Assembly: GCF_000012905.2 (NCBI RefSeq)
Contig: NC_007493.2
Location: 180,001-212,000 of the forward strand
Reading direction: 5' to 3'
DNA length: 32,000 nucleotides
Origin: Cereibacter sphaeroides 2.4.1
GTDB lineage: Bacteria > Pseudomonadota > Alphaproteobacteria > Rhodobacterales > Rhodobacteraceae
In this document: in pieces, positions 24,267-32,000 of the stretch
How positions within the stretch are numbered: the stretch's first letter is position 1
Layout of the letters: every line of letters starts with the position of its first letter
Notes under the pieces: model-generated
Told to the model about the DNA's origin: nothing
The model's input: only the letters and a program-made list of their open reading frames with translations
Database searches by the model: none
Program-made: the position numbers and the translations under genes

Positions 24267-25259
24267 ATGAGCCTGATGAAAGCCCTCGTCTGCGTCGAAC
24301 CCGGCCGGTTCGAGCAGCAGGATCGCCCCCGCCCCGAAGCCAAGCCGGGCCACATCCGGATCAGGATCCTGCAGGTGGGGATCTGCGGCACCGATTATCA
24401 CATCTACGGCGGCCATCAGCCCTTTCTCGCCTATCCGCGCATCATGGGCCACGAGCTGTCGGGCCGCGCGATGGAAGCCTCGGCCGACGGGCGCATCGCC
24501 GAGGGCGATCTCGTCGTCATCAATCCCTATCTCACCTGCGGCACCTGCCGTGCCTGCCGGGCGGGCAAGCCCAACTGCTGCGAGAACATCGCCGTCCTCG
24601 GCGTCCATACGGACGGGGGCATGTGCGAGGAGATCGTGGTGCCCGAGGGCAATGTCTACGGCGCCGAGGGGCTGACCGAGCAGTCGGCGGCGATGGTCGA
24701 GTTCCTCGCCATCGGTGCTCATGGCGTGCGCCGCGGCGGCGTGCGCGCGGGCAGCGCGGCCCTCGTCGTGGGGGCGGGGCCGATCGGTATCGGTGCAGCC
24801 CTCTTCGCGGCGATCGAGGGGGCCGCGGTCACGCTGCGCGACACCTCCGCCTCGCGGCTTGCTCTGGCGCAGAAGGTGCTGCTTGAGGCCCGGATCGAGC
24901 TTGTGGGCGAAGAGGCGGCCGAGGTCTATGACACCGTCTTCGACGCGACCGGCAACATCCGGGCGATGAACGCGGGCCTGCAATATGTCGGCCACGGCGG
25001 CGCCTATGTGCTCCTGTCGGTGGTCAAGGGCGATCTGTCCTTTGCCGATCCCGAGTTCCACAAGCGCGAGGCCACGCTCTTTGCCAGCCGCAACGCGCTG
25101 AAGAAGGATTTCGAGCATGTGATCGCGCAGATCCGCAACGGCCGCGTGCCGGTCGAGGCGCTGGCGACCCATGCCACGAGCTTCGAGGACGCCGTCACCA
25201 ACCTGCCGCTCTGGGCCGAGGACCGGGGCACCCTCATCAAGGCGATCATCCGTGTCTGA
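24267..25259 (+). CDS. Zn-dependent MDR-family sugar-acid dehydrogenase, L-galactonate 5-dehydrogenase (LgoD/YjjN)-like
   Basis: 330 aa. GICGTDYHIYGGHQPFLAYPRIMGHELSG, the structural-zinc string CGTCRACRAGKPNCC, and FADPEFHKREATLFASRNA closely parallel my memory of E. coli YjjN/LgoD. The start is uncertain: ATG 24252, 24267 and 24276 are all in frame and none has a good SD. I chose 24267 by alignment to the YjjN N-terminus. Confidence 0.7.
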   Translation: MSLMKALVCVEPGRFEQQDRPRPEAKPGHIRIRILQVGICGTDYHIYGGHQPFLAYPRIMGHELSGRAMEASADGRIAEGDLVVINPYLTCGTCRACRAGKPNCCENIAVLGVHTDGGMCEEIVVPEGNVYGAEGLTEQSAAMVEFLAIGAHGVRRGGVRAGSAALVVGAGPIGIGAALFAAIEGAAVTLRDTSASRLALAQKVLLEARIELVGEEAAEVYDTVFDATGNIRAMNAGLQYVGHGGAYVLLSVVKGDLSFADPEFHKREATLFASRNALKKDFEHVIAQIRNGRVPVEALATHATSFEDAVTNLPLWAEDRGTLIKAIIRV

Positions 25260-26352
25260 CATCCGCACCCCCGTTCTCCAGTTCGGCACCTCGCGCTTCC
25301 TGCAGGCCCATGCCGACCTGTTCTTCTCGGAGGCAGCCGAGCCGCGCGCCGTGACCGTGGTGCAGAGCTCGGGCGATCCGGCCCGTGCGGCCCGTCTGGG
25401 GGCGCTGGCCGCGCCCGAAGGTTTCCCGGTCGTGATCCGCGGCCTGACGGACGGCGTCGCCTCCGAGACCGAGACCCGCGTCACGTCCGTGAAGCGCACC
25501 CTCTCGACCGCGACCGACTGGAACGCGCTGACAGCGATCTTCTGCTCCGAGGTCGAGCTCGTGATCTCGAACACGGGCGATGCGGGCTACCAGCCGCGCC
25601 CGGCCGATTTCGACGCGGACTTCTCGCAGGAGATGAGCTTCCCCGCGAAACTCTTCCATCTGCTCGCCGCGCGCTTCGCGGCGGGCGCGCGCCCGCTGAC
25701 CATCATGCCGATGGAGCTCGTGCCCGAGAACGGCCGTGTCCTGCGCGACCGGCTTCTGGCCATCGGCACCGGCAACCGGGCGCCGGCTGCGCTGATGGAC
25801 TGGATCGCGGGCCTGCCCTTCGCCAACAGCCTCGTGGACCGGATCGTGTCCGAGCCGCTGGAGCCTGCGGGTGCGGTGGCCGAGCCCTATGCGCTCTGGG
25901 CCATCGAGCGCGCGCCGGGGATTGCCGCGCCCTGCGCCCATCCCGCGGTGCAGCTCGTCGACGATCTCGAGGAGATCGAGCGGCTGAAGCTGCATGTGCT
26001 GAACCTCGGGCATACCTCGCTCGTGGATTTCTGGAAGCGCCGCGGCGGCGCGCCCGATGCGCTGGTGCGCGAACTGATGGACGGGCCCGAGGGCCGCGCG
26101 CTGCTCGAGCTTTACGAGACCGAGGTCCTGCCGGGCTTTGCCCACAAGGGGCGGGGGGACGAGGCGCGGGCCTATCTCGAGGTGACGCTCGACCGGTTCC
26201 GCAACCCGTTCCTCGATCACCGGATCGCCGACATCGCCCAGAACCATCCCCAGAAGGCCGAGCGGCGCATCGGCGCCTTCCTCGACTGGGTGGGCCGCTC
26301 CGGTCCCGACATGCCCGAGCTGCACGCCATCCTGAAGAGAGCCCGCGAATGA
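25252..26352 (+). CDS. Mannitol-dehydrogenase-family oxidoreductase (short form; tagaturonate/fructuronate-reductase-like)
   Basis: 366 aa from GTG 25252, an 8-nt overlap with the upstream stop. N-terminal dinucleotide-fold string VLQFGTSRFLQAHADLF, the family string SLVDRIV, and the catalytic K..LN..H string (RLKLHVLNLGHTS). It is shorter than E. coli UxaB/UxuB (about 480 aa). The start codon is inferred. Confidence 0.65.
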   Translation: MSDIRTPVLQFGTSRFLQAHADLFFSEAAEPRAVTVVQSSGDPARAARLGALAAPEGFPVVIRGLTDGVASETETRVTSVKRTLSTATDWNALTAIFCSEVELVISNTGDAGYQPRPADFDADFSQEMSFPAKLFHLLAARFAAGARPLTIMPMELVPENGRVLRDRLLAIGTGNRAPAALMDWIAGLPFANSLVDRIVSEPLEPAGAVAEPYALWAIERAPGIAAPCAHPAVQLVDDLEEIERLKLHVLNLGHTSLVDFWKRRGGAPDALVRELMDGPEGRALLELYETEVLPGFAHKGRGDEARAYLEVTLDRFRNPFLDHRIADIAQNHPQKAERRIGAFLDWVGRSGPDMPELHAILKRARE

Positions 26353-27851
26353 CCGCCAGCCGCCCCGCCTTCATGCATCTGAGCCCCGCCGACACGGTGG
26401 GCATCGCGCTCCGCGCGCTCTCGGCGGGCGAAGAGGCGCTGGGCGTGACGCTCGCCGCCGACGTGCCGCTCGGTCACAAGTTCGCGGTGACGGCGATGCC
26501 CGCGGGCGCGGCGGTGGTGAAATACGGGCAGGTGATGGGCGTGGCCACGGCGGACATTGCGCCGGGAGACCATGTCCACAGCCACAACTGCGCCATGTCC
26601 GACAGCCACTCGGACCGGTCCGACGCCAAGGGCACCCTTCATGCCGCGCCCGAGCGGCAGACGTTCGAGGGCTATCTGCGGCCCGACGGGCGGGTGGGGA
26701 CGCGGAACTACATCGGGATCATGGCCTCGGTGAACTGCTCCTCCACCGTCTGCAACGCCATCGCCGACGCCGCAAACCGCACGCTTCTGCCGCGCTTTCC
26801 GGGGATCGACGGTTTCGCGCCCATCGTCCACGATCAGGGCTGCGGCATGGCCAGCGCGGGCGAGGGGTTCGATGCGCTCGTGCGCGTCCTCAAGGGCTAC
26901 CGCGACCATCCGAACTTCGGCGGCGTGCTGATCGTGGGACTGGGCTGCGAGGTCAACCAGCTCACGCTCTACAAGCGCACCGACTGGACGGAAGAGCGCA
27001 TCGGCATTTTCAACATTCAGGATGTGGGCGGTTCGGCCTCGGCCGTGCGCCGCGCGCTGGAGTTGCTGGAGCCGATCTGCGCGGCGGCCAACGAAGACCG
27101 GCGCAGCGCGCAGCCGGTCTCGAAGCTGGTGCTGGGGATGCAGTGCGGCGGCTCGGACGGCTTTTCGGGCATCACCGCGAACCCCGCGCTCGGCGTGGCC
27201 TCGGACATGCTGGTGGCCGCGGGGGGCACCTCGATCCTGTCCGAGACGCCCGAGATCTACGGGGCCGAGCATCTGCTGATCGCCCGCGCCGATGCTGAAA
27301 CGGGGCGCAAGATCGAGGGCATGATCGACTGGTGGCGCGACTATGCCGCGAAGAACGGCGCCTCGCTGGATAACAACCCGTCGCCCGGTAACAAGCGCGG
27401 CGGTCTGACCACGATCCTCGAGAAGAGCCTCGGTGCGGTGGCCAAGGGCGGGCTCTCGCCGCTGTCCGGCGCCTTCGCCTATGCCGAGCCGATCCGCATC
27501 CCCGGCTTCGTCTATATGGACAGCCCGGGCTACGATCCGGTGGCGGCGACGGGGCAGGTGGCCTCGGGCGCGAACCTCATCGCCTTCACCACGGGGCGCG
27601 GCTCCTGCTTCGGCGCCAAGCCCGCCCCCTCGATCAAGCTCGCCTCGAACAGCGATCTCGCCCGCCGGATGCCCGAGGATATGGACATCGACTGCGGCGT
27701 GGTGATCGAGGAGGGCGTGAGCCTCGAAGAGATGGGCCAACGGATCTACGACCTGCTGCTCGACACGGCCTCGGGCAAGAAGTCGAAGTCCGAGGAATTC
27801 GGCTACGGCGACAACGAGTTCGTGCCGTGGAAGATCGGCGCCACGCTCTGA
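26349..27851 (+). CDS. UxaA/GarD-family sugar-acid dehydratase (altronate/galactarate dehydratase family)
   Basis: 500 aa. N-terminal SAF-like domain (LGHKFAVTAM..G..VVKYG...G.A..DI..GDHVHSHN). Family strings: GLGCE, LVLGMQCGGSDGFSGITANPALG, NPSPGNKRGGLTT and FTTGRGS. Several strings (FEGYLRPDGRVGTRN, LLDTASGKK) look closer to GarD than to UxaA from memory. The start overlaps the upstream stop (ATGA). Confidence 0.8.
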   Translation: MTASRPAFMHLSPADTVGIALRALSAGEEALGVTLAADVPLGHKFAVTAMPAGAAVVKYGQVMGVATADIAPGDHVHSHNCAMSDSHSDRSDAKGTLHAAPERQTFEGYLRPDGRVGTRNYIGIMASVNCSSTVCNAIADAANRTLLPRFPGIDGFAPIVHDQGCGMASAGEGFDALVRVLKGYRDHPNFGGVLIVGLGCEVNQLTLYKRTDWTEERIGIFNIQDVGGSASAVRRALELLEPICAAANEDRRSAQPVSKLVLGMQCGGSDGFSGITANPALGVASDMLVAAGGTSILSETPEIYGAEHLLIARADAETGRKIEGMIDWWRDYAAKNGASLDNNPSPGNKRGGLTTILEKSLGAVAKGGLSPLSGAFAYAEPIRIPGFVYMDSPGYDPVAATGQVASGANLIAFTTGRGSCFGAKPAPSIKLASNSDLARRMPEDMDIDCGVVIEEGVSLEEMGQRIYDLLLDTASGKKSKSEEFGYGDNEFVPWKIGATL

Positions 27852-27860
27852 GACCCCGCG

Positions 27861-27889
27861 CCGGGGCAGGCGGAAGCCGCTTGCCCCGG
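27861..27889 (+). terminator. 13-bp hairpin after the dehydratase stop, no U-tract
   Basis: CCGGGGCAGGCGG (27861-27873), loop AAG, CCGCTTGCCCCGG (27877-27889). The stem has one G-U pair. It begins 10 nt after the stop (27849-27851). No T-run follows. Confidence 0.4.
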
Positions 27890-27927
27890 CGGGCCGGCTG
27901 CCGGCAAGATGGGCGAGGAGGATCGCC

Positions 27928-29721
27928 TTGGCTCATCCCGCATCCCATCCCGTCCGTCGCAGCCCCGGCAGCCGTCTGGCCGGGATCCTGCTGCTTGCCG
28001 CCACGCTCGCCCTGTCGCTCGCGACCTATCAGGGGGTGCGCTACGCGAGCCTCGCGGGGCTCGATACCGAGCTTCAGGATCGGCTGACCGTCGCGCGCCA
28101 TGCCGTCGTCTCCGAAATCGAGCGGTTCCGCTATCTGCCGGGCCTCGTCGGGCAGGATGCGCGGGTGACGGGGCTTCTGGAGGGAGAGGCTTCGGCGGAG
28201 GCTGCCAATGGCTATCTGCGCCGCGTGCGGGATCTGTCGGGGGTGGACGAGATCTATGTGATCGACCCGTCCGGCACCACCCGCGCGGCCAGCAACTGGA
28301 ACGAGCCCGGCAGCTTTCTGGGCCAGAACTACGGCTTTCGCCCCTATTTCCACCGCGCGCTGGCCGAGGGCGAGGCGCGCTATTACGCGGTGGGCGTGAC
28401 GACCGGCAAGCCCGGCTATTTCCTCGCCTCGCGGCTCGGGCCTGCCGACCGGCCGCTGGGGGTCGCCGTGGCGAAGGTGGATCTGGCCGGGCTGCAGTCG
28501 ACCTGGGTCCGCGCGGGCGAGGCGGTGGCGCTGGCCGATCCTCTGGGCGTGGTCTTTCTGGCCGGTCCGCAGGGCTGGCTCTACCGGCCGCTCGCGCCGC
28601 TCGATCCGCAGAGCCGCGCGCTTCTGCGCGCCGAGCGCCGCTATGCCGGACTTGCCGTGGACGAGGCGCAGCCGCTCGGGCCGGAGATGGCGACCGATGC
28701 GGGGCTTGCCCTGCGGGTGGCCGATGCGGCCATCGCGCCCGACGACTGGCGTTTGCTGGTGGGGCTGCCGACGGCCCCCGCCCTCGCCACGGCGCGGCTC
28801 TCGGCGCTGATCGTGGCGCTGGCGGGGCTGCTCGCCTCGGCGGGCCTTCTGGCCCTGCACGAGCGGCGCCAGCTTCTGCGCGAGCGGCTGAACCAGCACG
28901 CGCTCCTCGAACGGGCGGTGGCCGAGCGCACCGAGGCGCTGGCCCACGAGATCGAGGAGCGGCGGCGGGCCGAGCACGAGCTCCGCGAGACCCACGAGCA
29001 TCTCGTCCATGCGGCCAAGCTCGCGGTGCTGGGGCGGATGTCCTCGACCATCGTGCATGAGGTGAGCCAGCCGCTCTCGGCGCTCGAGGCGACGCTCGCC
29101 GCAGCCGAGCTGCATCTCGGCCGCGAGAACCCGGAGCGGGCGCTGCGCTCGGTCCGCTCGGGGCGCGACCTGCTTCTGCGGATGCAGAAGATGGTGAAGG
29201 CGCTGAAGAGCTTCGGCTCGCGTCAGCGGCTCGATCCGCCCGAGCCCGTCGACATGGGCACGGTGCTGGCGGCCGCGGCCGAGGTACTGGCGCCGCGGCT
29301 GCGCGAACTCGGCGTGGCGCTGGACCTGCCGCCCGCCGAGGTGCTGCCGCCGGTGCGCGGCCACGCCGTCCGGCTCGAGCAGGTGGCGACCAACCTCATC
29401 CTCAACGCGGCCGAGGCCACGGCCTCGGGCGGCGGCAGGGATCCGGTCGAGGTGCGGCTCGAACCTCTTGCGGAGGGGCTGCGGCTGACCATCGCCGACC
29501 GCGGGCCGGGCATCCCCGAGGCGCTGCGTGAGAAGATCCTCGAGCCGTTCTTCACCACGCGGACCACAGGGCTCGGGCTCGGCCTTTCCATCGTGCGCAC
29601 CATGCTCGAGCAGATGGCGGGGTCTCTGAGCTTTGCCGAGCGGCCGGGCGGCGGAACGCTGACGCAGGTCGATCTCGCGCTTTACGAGCCGGGCCGCGAG
29701 GCGCTACGCAGACGCGCATGA
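27928..29721 (+). CDS. dctB: C4-dicarboxylate-type sensor histidine kinase (DctB family)
   Basis: 597 aa. Two TM segments flank a periplasmic double-PDC region containing the DctB-typical YFHRALAEGEARYYAVGVTTGKPGYFLASR. The H-box is HEVSQPLSAL, and the N and G boxes are NLILNAAEA and DRGPGIP...GLGLGLS. TTG start at 27928 is supported by SD GAGGAGGA (27915-27922). Confidence 0.8.
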   Translation: MAHPASHPVRRSPGSRLAGILLLAATLALSLATYQGVRYASLAGLDTELQDRLTVARHAVVSEIERFRYLPGLVGQDARVTGLLEGEASAEAANGYLRRVRDLSGVDEIYVIDPSGTTRAASNWNEPGSFLGQNYGFRPYFHRALAEGEARYYAVGVTTGKPGYFLASRLGPADRPLGVAVAKVDLAGLQSTWVRAGEAVALADPLGVVFLAGPQGWLYRPLAPLDPQSRALLRAERRYAGLAVDEAQPLGPEMATDAGLALRVADAAIAPDDWRLLVGLPTAPALATARLSALIVALAGLLASAGLLALHERRQLLRERLNQHALLERAVAERTEALAHEIEERRRAEHELRETHEHLVHAAKLAVLGRMSSTIVHEVSQPLSALEATLAAAELHLGRENPERALRSVRSGRDLLLRMQKMVKALKSFGSRQRLDPPEPVDMGTVLAAAAEVLAPRLRELGVALDLPPAEVLPPVRGHAVRLEQVATNLILNAAEATASGGGRDPVEVRLEPLAEGLRLTIADRGPGIPEALREKILEPFFTTRTTGLGLGLSIVRTMLEQMAGSLSFAERPGGGTLTQVDLALYEPGREALRRRA

Positions 29722-31037
29722 CCCGCGGCTCCATCGCCTTCATCGACGACGAACCCCAGCTGTGCGCCGCGGCGGCCGACTGGCTCGAGGCCTCGGGCTT
29801 CGAGGTCGAGACCTTCACCGACGCGGCGCTGGCGCTCGGCCGGATCGAACCTGCGCGCTGCGACTGCGTCGTGACCGATCTCAGGATGCCCGCCCTCGAC
29901 GGGCAGGAGGTGCTGGCGCGGCTGCGCGCGGCCGACCCGGACCTGCCGGTGATCCTGCTCTCGGGCCATGGCGACGTGCCGGTGGCGGTGGAAGCGATGC
30001 GGATGGGCGCGCACGACTTTCTGGAAAAGCCCTACGGTGCCGAGCATCTGGTCGAGGTGCTCGACCGGGCGGTCGAACTGCGCCGGGTGCGGCGCGAGGC
30101 GCGGACGTCGCGCCGCTCGGATCTGGCCTCGGCCCGGATCGAGGGTCGCCTGGTGGGCGCCTCTCCCGCCATCGCCGCGTTGCGCCGGATGGTGCAGGAC
30201 CTGTCGGACGTGGCGGTGGATCTGCTGATCCGGGGCGAGACCGGTTCGGGCAAGGAGGAGCTTGCCCGCACCTTCCACGATTTCTCGCGCCGGGCGCGGC
30301 GGCCCTTCGTGGCGATCCATTGCGCGGGCCTGCCGGAGGCGCAGTTCGAGGCCGAGCTCTTCGGGCACGAGCGCGGCTATCTGGCCGGAACCGCCGCGGC
30401 GCGGATCGGCAAGCTCGAACATGCGAGCGGGGGGACGGTCTTCTTCAACGAGATCGAGGCCATGCCGCTCTCGCTGCAGTCGCGCCTGCTGCGGGCCATG
30501 CAGGAGCGCGGGGTGGAGCGGCTCGGGTCGAACGCGCTGCGCCCGGTGGATCTGCGGATCATGGCGGCGACGCGGGTCGATCTGCTGGCCGAGGTGGCGG
30601 CGGGCCGGTTCCGGGCAGATCTCTATTACCGCCTCTCGCCCGTCACGCTCGACCTGCCGCCGCTGCGCGAGCGGTCCGAGGATATCCCGCTCCTTTTCCT
30701 GCGCTTTGCCGAAGAGGCCGCGGCGCGCTTCGGCCGCTCCGTGCCCGCGCTGCGCGAGGCCGATCTGCGGGCGCTGCGCGGCGAGAGCTGGCCCGGAAAT
30801 GTGGGCGAGCTGAAGGCCGCCGCGGAACGGGCCGTGCTGGGGATGCGCCAGCCTCCGATCGCCGCGGAGCCCGACATCCTGCCGCTGCCCGAGCGGATGG
30901 CGCGGATCGAGGCGGGCCTCATCGCCGAGGCGCTGGAAGAGTGCGGCGGCTCGTCGGCGCTGGCCGCCGACCGGCTGGGACTCCCGCGCCGGACCCTGAA
31001 CGAGAAGATCGCGCGCTACAGGCTGCGGGCCAGCTGA
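29718..31037 (+). CDS. dctD: DctD-family response regulator (REC-AAA+-Fis HTH) with non-canonical sigma54-contact loop
   Basis: 439 aa. The start overlaps the dctB stop (ATGA). REC domain: IAFIDDE...VVTDLRMP...EKP. AAA+ domain: GETGSGKE and FRADLYYRL. The C-terminal HTH is present. The GAFTGA position reads GYLAGT, and Walker B reads GGTVFFNEIE, which is D to N. Confidence 0.8.
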   Translation: MTRGSIAFIDDEPQLCAAAADWLEASGFEVETFTDAALALGRIEPARCDCVVTDLRMPALDGQEVLARLRAADPDLPVILLSGHGDVPVAVEAMRMGAHDFLEKPYGAEHLVEVLDRAVELRRVRREARTSRRSDLASARIEGRLVGASPAIAALRRMVQDLSDVAVDLLIRGETGSGKEELARTFHDFSRRARRPFVAIHCAGLPEAQFEAELFGHERGYLAGTAAARIGKLEHASGGTVFFNEIEAMPLSLQSRLLRAMQERGVERLGSNALRPVDLRIMAATRVDLLAEVAAGRFRADLYYRLSPVTLDLPPLRERSEDIPLLFLRFAEEAAARFGRSVPALREADLRALRGESWPGNVGELKAAAERAVLGMRQPPIAAEPDILPLPERMARIEAGLIAEALEECGGSSALAADRLGLPRRTLNEKIARYRLRAS

Positions 31038-31140
31038 TCGAGCGGATTTCTGCCAGACTCGCAGCCGTTCTGGCGGCTGCTCGCCAGGCGACGCGCACGG
31101 AGGGTGGGGAAAACGGTCAACAACCATCTGCCGAACAATA

Positions 31141-31202
31141 GGAAAATGCCCGCCCCCGACCCTCATGCGCAAAATGCCACACGCATTTGCCTGCGATGCG
31201 TG
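31141..31202. promoter_or_regulatory. Repeat cluster upstream of the TAXI receptor gene (candidate activator sites)
   Basis: AAAATGCC occurs at 31143-31150 and 31171-31178 (28 nt apart). An inverted near-copy, GCATTTGCC, is at 31183-31191. The inverted repeat CACGCAT (31180-31186) / ATGCGTG (31196-31202) is also present. The cluster lies 46-107 nt upstream of ATG 31248. Confidence 0.35.
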
Positions 31203-31247
31203 GGTTGCTCACTCTCTAGGCAACGATCATGCAAGGGAGGAAATCGC

Positions 31248-32000
31248 ATGTTCCGCCGCACAACCCTGTCCGCGGCCGCGGCCGCTGCCGTGCTGAGCCT
31301 TCAGCCGCAAGTAGCCGCCGCGCAGGAATTCATCAACGTCCTGACCGGGGGCACCTCGGGCGTCTACTATCCGCTGGGCGTGGGCCTGTCCGAAATCTAT
31401 GCCGAGAACATCGAAGGCGCGCGCACCCAGGTGCAGGCGACGAAGGCCTCGGTCGAGAACCTGAACCTGCTCGCGCAGCGCAAGGGCGAACTTGCCTTCG
31501 CCCTGGGCGATTCGGTGACGCTCGCCTGGGAAGGCAACGAGGAGGCGGGCTTCCCGCGCCCGCTGAAGAACCTGCGCGCCATCGCGGCCATCTATCCGAA
31601 CTATATCCAGATCGTGGCCGACGCCGCCTCGGGTGTCACGACGCTCGAGGATCTGAAGGGCAAGACGCTCTCGGTCGGCGCGCCCGCCTCGGGCACCGAG
31701 CTCAATGCCCGCGCCATCTTCGGTGCGGCGGGCATGAGCTACGAGGATCTCGCCAAGGTCGAATACCTGCCCTATGCGGAATCGGCCGAGCTCATCAAGA
31801 ACCGGCAGCTGCAGGCGACGCTGCAATCCTCGGGTCTGGGCGTGGCCTTCATCAAGGACCTCTCCTCGACCCACGACATCAACCTCGTGAGCATTCCGGC
31901 CGAGGTGGTCGAGAAGATCGGCGCGCCCTATCAGCCCGCGGTGATCCCGGCCGGCACCTATTCCGGGCAGGACACGGACGTGCCCACGGCGGCGGTGGGG
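31248..32000 (+). CDS. TAXI-family TRAP transporter solute receptor (3' end beyond window)
   Basis: Read by hand; it is absent from the ORF track because no stop falls in the window. ATG 31248 has SD AGGGAGGA 7 nt upstream. Signal peptide MFRRTTLSAAAAAAVLSLQPQVAAAQE. TAXI hallmark LTGGTSGVYYPLG, then NYIQIV....G..TLEDLKGK.LSVGAPASGTE. Confidence 0.8.
   Translation, partial: MFRRTTLSAAAAAAVLSLQPQVAAAQEFINVLTGGTSGVYYPLGVGLSEIYAENIEGARTQVQATKASVENLNLLAQRKGELAFALGDSVTLAWEGNEEAGFPRPLKNLRAIAAIYPNYIQIVADAASGVTTLEDLKGKTLSVGAPASGTELNARAIFGAAGMSYEDLAKVEYLPYAESAELIKNRQLQATLQSSGLGVAFIKDLSSTHDINLVSIPAEVVEKIGAPYQPAVIPAGTYSGQDTDVPTAAVG

Noticed and set aside
1-32000. I looked for CRISPR arrays, IS elements or terminal inverted repeats, integrases, phage or toxin-antitoxin or defence genes, rRNA/tRNA genes, and compositional islands.
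   Set aside because: None was found by eye. The only repeats are short GC-rich hairpins after stop codons and short operator-like palindromes in spacers. GC content looks uniform apart from short AT-rich promoter patches. A computational repeat, tRNA and ncRNA scan (for example tRNAscan-SE or Infernal/Rfam) would be needed to exclude small RNAs formally.

Overview
High-GC (roughly 68-70%) chromosomal window that looks alphaproteobacterial (Rhodobacteraceae-like; taxon is inference only). It is densely coding. I found no rRNA, tRNA, CRISPR array, transposase, integrase or phage gene. Contents in order: (1) a 5'-truncated MCP-like coiled-coil protein and a Xi-class GST (YqjG-like); (2) on the minus strand, a translationally coupled Hpt protein plus a REC-AAA+-Fis sigma54 activator whose motifs look LuxO-like rather than NtrC-like, preceded by about 235 nt with no assigned feature; (3) propionyl-CoA synthetase (prpE) and NADP-malic enzyme (maeB); (4) a tightly overlapping five-gene nucleoside operon, cdd-deoA-deoB-add-upp; (5) a SPOR-domain protein, a bidirectional terminator, a single-TM hypothetical protein, an AAE-type acyl-CoA synthetase, an EamA/DMT permease and a SAM methyltransferase; (6) a sugar-acid locus made of a gntR-dctP-dctQ-dctM TRAP operon, a second unusual double-wHTH GntR regulator, and a divergent operon of an LgoD-like Zn-dehydrogenase, a short mannitol-dehydrogenase-family reductase and a UxaA/GarD-family dehydratase; (7) dctB-dctD followed by a TAXI-type TRAP solute receptor truncated at the window end. 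Most of this is ordinary core or accessory metabolism. The items most worth a second look are the LuxU/LuxO-like cassette with its empty divergent upstream region, the DctD-like activator with a degenerate GAFTGA loop and Walker B, the double-wHTH GntR regulator, and the substrate of the sugar-acid locus. All homology statements come from reading the translations against remembered family motifs. None has been verified by a search.
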